NCBI GenBank assembly: GCA_006226375.1
Contig: SBHC01000010.1
Span: 112,492-176,491 of the forward strand
Length of the DNA: 64,000 bases
Origin: Deltaproteobacteria bacterium
GTDB taxonomy: Bacteria; Myxococcota_C; UBA6777
Direction of reading: 5' to 3'
Below the pieces are notes generated by a model. That model worked only from the letters and a program-made list of their open reading frames with translations. It searched no databases and was not told the DNA's origin. Position numbers and translations under genes: made by a program. Below, piece by piece: positions 45,482 through 55,427 of this stretch; the stretch's first letter is position 1, and each line of letters starts with the position of its first letter.

Positions 45482-47140
45482 CTAGTACGGGCGTTTCCGC
45501 TTGCTCGACGAGGGAATATTTAGCATCCCGCGATACTTCGCCACGGTACGGCGTGCAATATCGACCCCTTCGCTCGCCAAGATTTTCACGATGGCTTGAT
45601 CCGAGAGCGGCTTCTTTGGACTTTCGTCATCGATCAGCTGGCGAATCTTTTCTTTCACCGCGAGGCTGGAGACGTCCTCACCACCTTCCGACGACTGCAA
45701 ACTCGACGTAAAGAAGAACTTGAGCTCGTACACCCCTTGTGGCGTGTGCACGTACTTGTTGGTGGTCACGCGGCTGATCGTGGACTCGTGCATTTTGATA
45801 TCTTGTGCCACGTCTCGCAGAATCATCGGCTTCAAATGCGATACACCATGCTCCAGAAACTCACGCTGGCGTTCAACAATGGACTCTGTCACGCGAAAGA
45901 TGGTTCGCTTTCGCTGCTGGATCGAACGCAACAGCCACTGCGCGTTGCGCATTTTCTCCTGAATGAACTCTCGGTTCTCTTTGCTTTGCTGGCGTAACAT
46001 CTGCTTGTAGATGTTGTTGATCTTGAGTTGCGGCTGACCGTCGTCGTTGAGCATGACCTCATAATCGTCCCCCACCTTCCGCACGTAGATGTCGGGCGAG
46101 ATGTAAGCAGTGGGCTGCTGTACGAAGTTACGGCTGGGGTAGGGATCCAGTTGACTGATCACCTCCACACTTTCCAACAACTCGTTCAGTGAGATCTTAA
46201 TCTTCTTCCCGATGTGGGTGTAGCGCTTTCGCTCGATATCATTCAGGTGGTCGCGAAGCAAACGTTCGATCAGATCGGGGTCTTTGAGGTCATCGCGCTG
46301 CCAGGCCTGCAGCAGCAAACACTCTTCCAGAGAGCGTGCCCCAACACCCACAGGCTCCATCCGGTGAATCGAACGTAACGCAACATCTCCAGTCCGTCGC
46401 CAGTACGCAAACAACTCCTCATCGGTCAGGTCGTCGTCGTCCCCTCGGGGGTTGTCTAGCAAGTCATTGATCATCTGGTGAGCCAGAATGTCCAAGGGGT
46501 CGTCGTCTCCCTGGTCTTCCAGGGCCAACCAGCCCCGATCGTCCAAGGAGCCAATGATCAACAAGGCCATTCGCTGTTGATCGCGATTCAACTTGGCCAT
46601 GTGAAGCTGAAAGACGAGGTGTTCGCTCAGGCTCTCTTCTTCCGAAACCCGCTGCTCCAAGGAAGGCAAGTCGGGATCAAAATCTCCCCCAATGGAGGGC
46701 GAAGAAACAAACGTCGACTCCATATCTTGGAAGTAAGCTTCCCAGTCGATCTCTTTGAAGAGTTCTTCCTGCGAGACGTCTTCGCCTTCTCCCTCCGCAG
46801 GTTCCTTGGCCGCAGTGGCATCCAAGGCTTCTAGCCCGGCTTGCTCTCCTTCAGCCTTTGCCGAGTCAGCAGCGTCAGAGTCTCCACTGTCAGCCGCTTC
46901 AGCCGCTTCAACAGCCTCTGCAGCTTCTGACTCTGCGGCTTCCGCGTCCCCAGGCTCTGCATCAGGATCCACTTCTTGCATCTCCAAGAGTGGATTCTCA
47001 AGAAGCTCGTCCTGAAGCATCTCGGCCAGTTCCACATGATTCAGTTGCAGCAGCTTGATCGCTTGCTGCAGCTGCGGTGTGATCACCAGCTTTTGCTGCA
47101 GATTGAGAGATGTACTTTGCTGAAGTCCTAGTTTCGGCAT
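45482..47140 (-). CDS. rpoN: RNA polymerase sigma-54 factor
   Basis: Region I LGLQQSTSLNLQQKLVITPQLQQAIKLLQL, an acidic region II, the region III HTH, and the RpoN box ARRTVAKYR near the C-terminus. Confidence 0.9.
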   Translation of the reverse strand: MPKLGLQQSTSLNLQQKLVITPQLQQAIKLLQLNHVELAEMLQDELLENPLLEMQEVDPDAEPGDAEAAESEAAEAVEAAEAADSGDSDAADSAKAEGEQAGLEALDATAAKEPAEGEGEDVSQEELFKEIDWEAYFQDMESTFVSSPSIGGDFDPDLPSLEQRVSEEESLSEHLVFQLHMAKLNRDQQRMALLIIGSLDDRGWLALEDQGDDDPLDILAHQMINDLLDNPRGDDDDLTDEELFAYWRRTGDVALRSIHRMEPVGVGARSLEECLLLQAWQRDDLKDPDLIERLLRDHLNDIERKRYTHIGKKIKISLNELLESVEVISQLDPYPSRNFVQQPTAYISPDIYVRKVGDDYEVMLNDDGQPQLKINNIYKQMLRQQSKENREFIQEKMRNAQWLLRSIQQRKRTIFRVTESIVERQREFLEHGVSHLKPMILRDVAQDIKMHESTISRVTTNKYVHTPQGVYELKFFFTSSLQSSEGGEDVSSLAVKEKIRQLIDDESPKKPLSDQAIVKILASEGVDIARRTVAKYRGMLNIPSSSKRKRPY

Positions 47141-47481
47141 CGAGAAAAACCTTTGTGGCTGAACCCTGTTGAAGCTTATGTCGCCCGGATTTTTCAAAGA
47201 GAGGCGATCGTTTCCCCTCACTCTCGCACCATCCACTGACACATGTTTCAGCGTTCTCTGCAAGAACAAGGCCAATCTTCACACTAAAAACATATAGCGT
47301 TTTTTTCGCTTTTGCAACTGGAAACAAAGAGGACCACTCAATTCTGGCGTTTTTCTTGCACGAAGCCTTTTCTTTCCATGATGTTACTCATGAAGAAAAC
47401 CCAACAGACCTCCTTTTGGTCTCAAACCATGTGCTTGGGAAGTCGCTCAAGTGGAGGTTATTGGTCGCGCGAAACGATCCA

Positions 47482-49629
47482 TCAGTTCGGTCGAATCACA
47501 GTCACCTTGTTGAGGTCCAGTTGAGGAACATCGCGAACACGACCATCGCTCCAAAGAACCTGGAGAGAGCGCAAAAGCTTGGCGTTGTCGAGAGGAATGG
47601 GAAAAAACAAAGGTGCCTGATCAGGTCCAGTGGCGCGCACCCCAATTTCGCGCAAGATCTTGGAGCCTGACGTTTGCAGCACCAAATGGGCGCCGATCGC
47701 GTTCCGGTTGCCACGTATTCCTTGCAACAGCACATGCAAAAACCTGGGCTGGTTCGAGGGTTCCAAGCGGCTCCACCCCTTATCGTGCATCCACACAAGG
47801 GCAGGCACGCCGCGCTTGGGGTCATGCCCCAATGTTCCCACGGCCCCTAGAGGTAGCTTTTCTGGGAGATGTTTGTCTTCCACAACAAACAGACGCTGCC
47901 CCAAAAAGTTGCTCAGGAGCAGGGGGGCCTTTCCCGTACGCCATATCACCACATCGGGATAGCCGTCGCCGTCCCAGTCGGCTGGGGCGCAGCCACGCAC
48001 GTCTGCATCAGGCAATGTCAATGTGTCCATGCGACGCCAGAACTCCCCGTCAAGATGTCGGAGCAACACCACCTGCAGCTGAGGGGGTTTGCCCTCTGAC
48101 GCAGGAGAGCGCCCCACCAAAACAAAGTCCAGCTCACCGTCGGCATCGAAGTCGGAGCGAGCAGCGTGCAGCCACTGTGTCCCCTTCGGAATGTTGGGCA
48201 GCGCCGACTCCAGCGTGCTGGGCTGGTAACCCCCCTTGGCCTGCCCCAACAAGACCATGGGTGCGCCCTCCCCTCCAGGAAGAACCAACAGATCCACGCG
48301 GCGGTCGTTGTTGAAATCGCCCGCCAACACCTCTTGTGGAGCGACATCCTTCAAGGCCTCGATCGCTGGCTGCTTTTGGTACCCCCCAGTCGTACGCTGG
48401 AGCAGAAAACTTCGCCCTTTCCGACGCTCCACAACCAGGATATCAAGCTGCCCATCGGCGTTCGCATCCAGAGGAACCAAACGCTGGACAAGGCTATCCT
48501 CCATAGCGGCAAGGAGAGTCTTGTCTTCTTGCACAGACGTTCCCGACGTAGCTCGAAACAGGTGCACTTTCCCAGACTCATCACCCAGCAGAACATCGTT
48601 AAGGCCGTCGCCGTCCACATCCCAACAGCGAATCCATGCGGTCACAAAGGACAAAGTCGCCAGGCTTTTGGGCTCTTGGTAACGATTGTCGGTTGACGTT
48701 ACCACCAGGAGCGTATCCTTGGTCGCGACAACCAAACCAGGGCTGTCAAAGCCTTCCAGATCCACCGACGCCACCGCCTGGACAGACAAAGAGGGAACCT
48801 TGGTCAAGCGCAAAGCGAGGGGCGCGATCAGCGAGTACTTGCGGTCCTCTACCAAAGAGGCCCAACCTTTCTTGTCTTCCGCCTTCACCTGGATCCAGGT
48901 GTCGTGTTGGAACGAAAGCTCCTGCTTTACGTCCTGCCAGCCCGTTGGGGAAAGAACAAGATTGTAGGAGATGGAGGCGTCTTGCTCGTCTGTAGTCATC
49001 CGAACCAACAAAGGCCTCTGAAGATGAATGCCCGTCTCAGGAAGCACCGACAGCTTGGGAGAGAAGTTGTAGGTTTCTTGCTGGGCAGGCTCCCTGTTCC
49101 CTGAGGCATCCACCCCAAAGAACCGCAGCACCGTATCTTTGGCAAGGGTGATCGGTCCCTTGAACACAGGTGATTGGAGCGTGGGTTCGGAGCCATCCAG
49201 GGTGTAATGAATGGCTCCCGCTTCGTCGGACAAAAGCTCGATGTCCACCTTGTCACGGACGTTCCCACCACGCGGCGAGGCGCGGGTTTGGGGAAACAAC
49301 GTGTCCACTTGAAAGGTGGCCGTCGCCTCTTTCCCGCGACGTCCTTCAGCGTCGATCGCCACCACACGCAAGGTAGCGGAGCCCCACAATCGCAAAGGCG
49401 CCTGGTACTTGAGGCTCAAACGAGGTTCGGGTGTTGTGTCGTCCAGAGTGTAATAAACATCAGCCTGGCCTTCGACCTCCAGCCGAACTTCTGTACCGGC
49501 CGGAACCGCTCCACCACCCGGCTCAATGCGTACACCTGGGCCTTCACCTTGGGGTGTGGAACAATGCACAAGCCCCACCCCAAAGACAACCAGCAAGCTC
49601 AACTGAAACAACCGTGTACGAAACGACAT
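47482..49629 (-). CDS. CRTAC1/ASPIC-UnbV family lipoprotein with chitobiase-C-like and FG-GAP/VCBS repeats
   Basis: ATG at 49629 with a GAAGGTG RBS. Lipobox LVHCS. Two CHB_HEX_C-like modules (YYTLDDTTP..., IHYTLDGSEP...). FG-GAP repeats DVDGDGLNDV, DANADGQLD, GDFNNDRRVD, SDFDADGELD and ADWDGDGYPD. C-terminal UnbV/ASPIC region RGNRNAIGAHLVL. Confidence 0.75.
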   Translation of the reverse strand: MSFRTRLFQLSLLVVFGVGLVHCSTPQGEGPGVRIEPGGGAVPAGTEVRLEVEGQADVYYTLDDTTPEPRLSLKYQAPLRLWGSATLRVVAIDAEGRRGKEATATFQVDTLFPQTRASPRGGNVRDKVDIELLSDEAGAIHYTLDGSEPTLQSPVFKGPITLAKDTVLRFFGVDASGNREPAQQETYNFSPKLSVLPETGIHLQRPLLVRMTTDEQDASISYNLVLSPTGWQDVKQELSFQHDTWIQVKAEDKKGWASLVEDRKYSLIAPLALRLTKVPSLSVQAVASVDLEGFDSPGLVVATKDTLLVVTSTDNRYQEPKSLATLSFVTAWIRCWDVDGDGLNDVLLGDESGKVHLFRATSGTSVQEDKTLLAAMEDSLVQRLVPLDANADGQLDILVVERRKGRSFLLQRTTGGYQKQPAIEALKDVAPQEVLAGDFNNDRRVDLLVLPGGEGAPMVLLGQAKGGYQPSTLESALPNIPKGTQWLHAARSDFDADGELDFVLVGRSPASEGKPPQLQVVLLRHLDGEFWRRMDTLTLPDADVRGCAPADWDGDGYPDVVIWRTGKAPLLLSNFLGQRLFVVEDKHLPEKLPLGAVGTLGHDPKRGVPALVWMHDKGWSRLEPSNQPRFLHVLLQGIRGNRNAIGAHLVLQTSGSKILREIGVRATGPDQAPLFFPIPLDNAKLLRSLQVLWSDGRVRDVPQLDLNKVTVIRPN

Positions 49630-49715
49630 ACAACAACACCTTCTGTTGTCTTCTATCGTGTCGAGTCTGGGTGAGTTTGACAAGCCCCTTCCGGGTTCGG
49701 AAAGAAGCGCTTCGG

Positions 49716-50588
49716 CTAACGAGTGGAGGATCGGTGAGGCAAGCGATAGAACTTGGGATGGGGAAAGTCCCAACTTGGAGTGAGGATGCGACCGCTGCGA
49801 CCCAAGTGGAACCAAGGAGAGCGTCGTTGCTGGCTGGATCGCAACACATGGAAAGACTGGGCTGGCATCAAGCCCTGCCCCAACAAGAACAATGACTCAC
49901 CCTTGGCGTTGCGGGCTTCGTCCAAGAGCAGAATGACATGACCGGGATAGCCACCTTGCATCAGCAAGTCACCGGCTTGAATCCGACGACGAGGCACACG
50001 CCGCAGCTCACGACTGAGCGAGGCGGTTCCCGAGTACATCATGACCACACGGAGATACTTCCGGAAACTTCGGTACGACGCATTCGGCCGGCGTGCGCGA
50101 CGCCTCCATCCACGCATGCGTCCTCGCACAATCTTCAACCGATCGCCCCGAGCCCATCGCTTCCAGGGGTTGCGATGACCGCTGGTCAAACGAAACTGGT
50201 AATAGCGTTGCAGGCCACGAGACCAAAGATACTCCCCCCACAAACGCATCACAGAGTCGGCGCACTGCTGCAAATTGTAACGCCCCACATCCAGACGCAC
50301 CACACCCGCCCGTCGAGACTGACCGGCCAGTCGTCGCCCGCGGTAGTCACGGATGGGCGTCCCTTTGGAGGCCATGGGAAGGCGGCGAAGCCACCACGCA
50401 AAGGAGCCTCGCTTCACACGAACCCGCCGGTAGCCGCGAGGCACTGAGAAGCGGTACCGAAGCTGGGTCTTCTTCGCAGCCTTCTTGGGAGAAAGCCAGG
50501 GATGCAAACGCCCCGCCTCTGCAGAGCGATGTGCTGAACCCAAGAACCAGAGCATACAGCCAGAGGCGATCCAGAACCACCGTATCAT
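49716..50588 (-). CDS. secreted Arg-rich hypothetical protein (DUF4846-like candidate)
   Basis: ATG at 50588 with a GGAGA RBS. Signal peptide MIRWFWIASGCMLWFLGSAHRSAEA. Family assignment is from memory only. Confidence 0.45.
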   Translation of the reverse strand: MIRWFWIASGCMLWFLGSAHRSAEAGRLHPWLSPKKAAKKTQLRYRFSVPRGYRRVRVKRGSFAWWLRRLPMASKGTPIRDYRGRRLAGQSRRAGVVRLDVGRYNLQQCADSVMRLWGEYLWSRGLQRYYQFRLTSGHRNPWKRWARGDRLKIVRGRMRGWRRRARRPNASYRSFRKYLRVVMMYSGTASLSRELRRVPRRRIQAGDLLMQGGYPGHVILLLDEARNAKGESLFLLGQGLMPAQSFHVLRSSQQRRSPWFHLGRSGRILTPSWDFPHPKFYRLPHRSSTR

Positions 50589-50819
50589 TCCATTCTCCCA
50601 AACTAGACAGAAAGTGAAGTTGTTGTTGTACACAAACAGCAAGACGAGATGTGGGAACCTTTGTCGCAGACTCCTTTCCATTTGGTAGGACAAACATGGT
50701 CGAGGCTTGAGAAAGTTGCAGTCATCATCTTGTCAATCCAGGCCGGGACTGTTAGGATTTTCAGGCTTTCTAGAAACCATGGTGTGAGGCCAACGCGCTA
50801 CTGTAGGAGTTTGATTGCA

Positions 50820-53735
50820 ATGAGTGAGGGCGAGTCGCTGCAACGTTGCCCCCAATGCAGCGCAGACATCGCACGGATGAGCAAAGCGATGGAAGACATC
50901 GCAGAGTTATCGTTCTGCCTCAAATGTCATTTCCCTCTTCAGTTGATTGCCAACAAGTACCGACTGCAGAAGATGATCGGTCGGGGTGGCTTCGGCGAGA
51001 TCTACCTGGCCCACCATGTGAATCTGCCCCGCGACCAAGAACGCGTCGTCAAGGTGCTAAAGCCCGAGGTGTTTGACCACGCCGGCATGGTGAAGCGGTT
51101 CGAACAAGAAGTGCACCTCACCTCACTGCTATCCCGTCAAAACAACCACATTGTCCGCATCTACGACGACTTTGGCAGCGTCCCTCGGCTCGGTCGCTTT
51201 TATGTGATGGAGTACCTCAAAGGTGTTCCCCTCACACGCCTCTTGGAGAACCCCAACAACCTGCCGCCGTTGCCGTTGTGCTTCCACATCTTTCGGCAGC
51301 TTTGTGAAGCCATGGAAGCCGCCCACCGACAAGGCGTGGTCCATCGCGACATTAAGCCTGATAACATCTTCCTGGTCCGTCATCACAACGACCCTTACTT
51401 TGTAAAGGTGATCGACTTCGGCATCGCCAAACCTCTGGAACGTTGGGGAGAACGCTCTCTTGTCGCGACCCAGGGAGTGTTGGGAACGCCGCTGTATATG
51501 TCGCCTGAGCAGTGGGACGACGTCCCTGTAGACCACCGCACCGACATCTACGCGATGGGCGTGGTGCTCTACGAGATGCTGACCGGTCGTACGCCGTTTT
51601 GGGACCGCTCGGCGAAACGTTCGCCCCGTGGCATCATGACCGATCACCTGATGACGCCGCCGCCTTCGCTGTCGGAAGCCAACCCGGATCGTCAGATTCC
51701 AACGGCCATTGAGCAGCTCGTCCTTCGCGCGCTCTCGAAAAAACCGGAAGACCGCTTTGACTCTGTAAAGACCTGGCGACATGAGATGGAACATGCCCAC
51801 GTCAAAGCCCGATTGTGGCCCGCTCACGGCTGGCGCGAAGACTTTTCACCCGAAGAAGAATGGGGTCCGCTGCAAAGCTACCTGAGACCTCCGCGCTCCC
51901 AAGCCAACAGCAGCGCCAACGGTGGGTTTCGCTGGCCACGCGCGAACTCCGACGAGTGGCACCGCGACCGAATGGCGTCGTTTGGTCAGTGGCCCGAAGG
52001 CATGGCGTTTGTGGACACAAGCCCGGCTGATGAGGGGTTGCGTTCTCCCAACGCGCAACGACAAACCTCCCCTGCCGCCCACTTTGCCGACGGCGCGGTG
52101 GGCTCCAAAGCGACCCACGAACGCGCCCGAATGCCCGACGACTTTGGACGAGACGGTGGGCCACCACCCCACATGTATCCGTCCCAAGATGTCCACTTTC
52201 CCTCCCGCGAGTTTCAGACCCATCGTTCGGGCGCTTACGACCTTAAGCTTCTCCATCCACCCGATGACATCGAAGACGATTTCAGCGACCTGGATACAGC
52301 GTCCTTTCAACCTTCCAAGACCTTGTTTTGGGGCAGCGCTTTTCTGATGTCGCTGGTGGTGCTGGGAACGGTATGGTTCACCATCAACATCCAAAAGATT
52401 CGTCCGGCTCCTCACCCTCAGGGAAGCAACAAAGGAGTCTGTGGACCCACACACAGCAGCTGGGCTCCGTATGCGCTACGCGTTCTGGTCCTACCGCTGA
52501 CTTCCAAAAGCGAGCAAAGTCGCCCTGACAACAAGCTGCTTCGCCACAAACGATACATGCAGCGCTCCCTCGACAACCTCCTCCGGGAGATGTTTCGTTC
52601 GATGGGTGCGTTGAGGCATCTTTTCTTTTCTGTGAAGATCAGTGAGGTGGGGTTCGTTCGCTCTGACCCCAACGAAAACAAGACACAAGCGCGGATGTAC
52701 GGGACCAACTGTGGAGCCGACATTGTACTCTCTGCCACCTGGTTGACAGGTCCAGGGAGTCGGCCAGCCTCCACCCAAAACAAGAACACGTCACGCACCG
52801 AGCAAAACTTCCTTCGGTTGTTTGCGACCTACACCGGTCGCCCGTTGAGCAACAACCCCAAGGACCCATCGGCTTATTCTGTCACACCCAAAGACCTGGA
52901 TGAGTTGCTTCAGGGGGAGAAACGTTCGGAGCTTAAGCGCAGCCAGATCCGCTTGCTTCTGCACGGACTGTTGTGGCTTCGGGCCGCTCAGTTTGTGGAA
53001 GACAGTCCGCCGCTGCAAGCGTACTTGTGGAAACGTTCGCAAGTCTCGCTGTCACAGCTAGGGCTCAAGCTTGACTCGCCTCCTCCTCAGCCCAACCCCA
53101 AACGCAAGCTTCTCTCTCGGGAGGTCTTCATTCCAGCCGGTTCGTTCTGGTTGGGTCCGGCCGGTAACCAAAAAGAAGTGGAGCTGTCCTCGTATCGTAT
53201 CGACCGGTATGAAGTCAGCCGCGAAGACTACGCTCTTTGTGTTCTCAAGGGCCTCTGCACAGCACCCATGAGACGTTGGATGGACCCACCCTGGGATTAC
53301 CCGCGAGACCGGATCAGCCCAGACAAGGCCCAAGAATTCTGCGCAGCGTTTGGTAAAAAGCTCCCCACCGAAGAGCAATGGGTGAAAGCAGCGCGGGGAG
53401 GACTAATGATTGGTCGTCGTCGCAACCGAATGGCCCAACGTATCTACCCTTGGGGCAACACCGAACCCACATGCAAACACGCCAACATCAAGTGGTGTTT
53501 TAAAGAGAAGTCGGAGAAACAGACCATCCCTGTTCCGGTTCCCTTCCACTTGAAGCTTCTGGACCGCAGCCCCTACGGTGTCTATCACCTGATGGGCAAT
53601 GTCGCTGAGATCATCCGCGACGGCTCCATCAAAGGCGGCAACGGCTTCGCGGAAGCCCGCGTCATCTCCTGGAAAGAACACATGGACCAGCGCAACGGCC
53701 TTCGTTGGGTTGGCTTTCGCTGCGTCGCGGAGTGA
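50820..53735 (+). CDS. Ser/Thr protein kinase fused to a C-terminal FGE-sulfatase (SUMF1-like) domain, with an N-terminal zinc ribbon and a TM helix
   Basis: ATG at 50820 with an AGGAG RBS. CPQC...CLKC ribbon. Kinase motifs GRGGFGEIY, VVKVLKPE, HRDIKPDNIF, DFGIAK and SPEQ. TM helix LFWGSAFLMSLVVLGTVWF. C-terminal FGE motifs RGGS-like ...AARGG..., GNVAEII and GFRCV. Confidence 0.85.
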   Translation: MSEGESLQRCPQCSADIARMSKAMEDIAELSFCLKCHFPLQLIANKYRLQKMIGRGGFGEIYLAHHVNLPRDQERVVKVLKPEVFDHAGMVKRFEQEVHLTSLLSRQNNHIVRIYDDFGSVPRLGRFYVMEYLKGVPLTRLLENPNNLPPLPLCFHIFRQLCEAMEAAHRQGVVHRDIKPDNIFLVRHHNDPYFVKVIDFGIAKPLERWGERSLVATQGVLGTPLYMSPEQWDDVPVDHRTDIYAMGVVLYEMLTGRTPFWDRSAKRSPRGIMTDHLMTPPPSLSEANPDRQIPTAIEQLVLRALSKKPEDRFDSVKTWRHEMEHAHVKARLWPAHGWREDFSPEEEWGPLQSYLRPPRSQANSSANGGFRWPRANSDEWHRDRMASFGQWPEGMAFVDTSPADEGLRSPNAQRQTSPAAHFADGAVGSKATHERARMPDDFGRDGGPPPHMYPSQDVHFPSREFQTHRSGAYDLKLLHPPDDIEDDFSDLDTASFQPSKTLFWGSAFLMSLVVLGTVWFTINIQKIRPAPHPQGSNKGVCGPTHSSWAPYALRVLVLPLTSKSEQSRPDNKLLRHKRYMQRSLDNLLREMFRSMGALRHLFFSVKISEVGFVRSDPNENKTQARMYGTNCGADIVLSATWLTGPGSRPASTQNKNTSRTEQNFLRLFATYTGRPLSNNPKDPSAYSVTPKDLDELLQGEKRSELKRSQIRLLLHGLLWLRAAQFVEDSPPLQAYLWKRSQVSLSQLGLKLDSPPPQPNPKRKLLSREVFIPAGSFWLGPAGNQKEVELSSYRIDRYEVSREDYALCVLKGLCTAPMRRWMDPPWDYPRDRISPDKAQEFCAAFGKKLPTEEQWVKAARGGLMIGRRRNRMAQRIYPWGNTEPTCKHANIKWCFKEKSEKQTIPVPVPFHLKLLDRSPYGVYHLMGNVAEIIRDGSIKGGNGFAEARVISWKEHMDQRNGLRWVGFRCVAE

Positions 53736-53840
53736 ACCTAACTTGTTCTGAATAGCTTCTTGTAGCTAGCTTTCCCCAGTTATCCTTGAACCTCTTCTCA
53801 CGTTGTAACTCTCGCACCTCCCTCTGACCAAGGAGCGCCC

Positions 53841-54476
53841 ATGAACACCTGGATCATTGTCACACTCGTTTTTCTCGTTGGACTGTTGGTTGCTGAAGCC
53901 AAAGAGTCACAGCTTGGGAAGTGGCTCACCAAACCAATCGCCTCCACAGGCTTTGTGCTCACAGCCTACGCAGCGGGGGCCTTCCAAACCCACTACGGCA
54001 TCGCGGTGTTTGTGGCGCTTGTGTTGTCCTGGTTTGGCGATGTGTTTTTAATTCCTCAATCGCGCAAGTCCTTCTTGTTTGGACTTGTTAGCTTTCTTCT
54101 GGGGCACCTCGCGTTTGGTGTGGCGTTTGCTCTGTATCGCTTTAACATCGTCTGGGCCGGAGTAACCCTGGCCGTGACCCTGCTGGTGGGCGTTGTGGTA
54201 GGACGTTGGCTCAAGCCTCACGTGGAAGCCAACATGTGGAAGCCTGTGGTTGCGTACATCCTGGTCATTTCCAGCATGCTCATTACTTCGGTCGCGGCTT
54301 ACCCAGGGAGCCAGATCATCTGGATTCCTGTCGGCGCCACCTTGTTCTACATGTCGGACCTGGCAGTGGCGCGCAACCGCTTTGTGAAGCCCGCCTTTCT
54401 TAACCGACTGTGGGGTCTTCCCTTCTACTATGTTGCCCAGTTAATTTTGGCATACACCTGCTCGTTGGTCTCGTAG
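53841..54476 (+). CDS. YhhN-family lysoplasmalogenase-like membrane protein (TMEM86-like)
   Basis: Eight TM helices with YhhN motifs (...FGDVFLI..., ...YMSDLAV...). AAGGAG RBS. Confidence 0.6.
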   Translation: MNTWIIVTLVFLVGLLVAEAKESQLGKWLTKPIASTGFVLTAYAAGAFQTHYGIAVFVALVLSWFGDVFLIPQSRKSFLFGLVSFLLGHLAFGVAFALYRFNIVWAGVTLAVTLLVGVVVGRWLKPHVEANMWKPVVAYILVISSMLITSVAAYPGSQIIWIPVGATLFYMSDLAVARNRFVKPAFLNRLWGLPFYYVAQLILAYTCSLVS

Positions 54477-54545
54477 CTACGGCTCCAAGCAGGATCTCAA
54501 GTTTCAGGTCGATGAGCACAGAAGGAAGTGAGGCCAACAAAGCCC

Positions 54546-55427
54546 ATGAAGAAGCGAAAGTCTCTGAAGGAGCTATCCCCTCATGCTGGACGTCCGAGTT
54601 CCCGTGCCCTTCGTTGGCTGCGTCGATGGGTGCGCCCTTGGACCCGGCTCGCATTTCGCCCGACCCTTTTGGGGCAAGAGAACCTCCCCAAGGATCGACC
54701 TTTTCTTCTGGTCGCCAACCACTCTGGCGGAGTCGGTCTGGCTGAATTGATGAGCTTTGCAGCGTTGTTTCCAGAGCAAGTCGGGACAGAGCAACCGTTA
54801 GCAGGCTTTGCCCTGGCCGTAGGCTTCGACTTTTGGCCCATGTCAGCCATCCACAAAGAGCTTGGCTCGGTTCCTTCCACCTACGAACACGCTTACGAAG
54901 CCTTGGAGCAAGACGTCTCTTTGTTGGTGTTTCCCGGCGGGGACTACGAGACGCTTCGCCCGCTTTGGCACGTTCACAAGGTTGATTTCAACCAACGCAA
55001 AGGATTCCTCCGGATCGCTCGCAAAGCCAACGTCCCCATTGTTCCCATGGGTATCCGAAACGGCCACTGGACAGCCCCGGTTTTGTTTCGCTCCACCTGG
55101 TTGACCCGGCTCGCCATCATTCCCATGACCATGGGACTCAAGCGCTGGGCAGTGACCCTACTTGGTGTTTTGGGAGCCATTGCCTTTGCCTTTCTCCCCA
55201 TCAACGTGTGGTGGCGCGCCTTCTTGATATGGTTCTGGCTCTCCACTCCCTTGATGATGATGCCTTTCATCCCAGCGACCCTAAGCTTTCGTATCGGCTC
55301 ACCTCTTGAAACAAGCGAACTCTTCGACCAGAACCTTCCTGAAAGCGAGTCGCTTCAACAAGGGTATGACAAGGTGGTCGAAGCCATTCAGGCGTTGGTA
55401 GACCAAGGAAAGACAACCCCTAGATAG
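54546..55427 (+). CDS. lysophospholipid acyltransferase (LPLAT/PlsC superfamily)
   Basis: ANHSGGVGLAE (HX4D-like block), FPGGDYETLRP, VPIVPMGI and C-terminal TM helices. Confidence 0.6.
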   Translation: MKKRKSLKELSPHAGRPSSRALRWLRRWVRPWTRLAFRPTLLGQENLPKDRPFLLVANHSGGVGLAELMSFAALFPEQVGTEQPLAGFALAVGFDFWPMSAIHKELGSVPSTYEHAYEALEQDVSLLVFPGGDYETLRPLWHVHKVDFNQRKGFLRIARKANVPIVPMGIRNGHWTAPVLFRSTWLTRLAIIPMTMGLKRWAVTLLGVLGAIAFAFLPINVWWRAFLIWFWLSTPLMMMPFIPATLSFRIGSPLETSELFDQNLPESESLQQGYDKVVEAIQALVDQGKTTPR

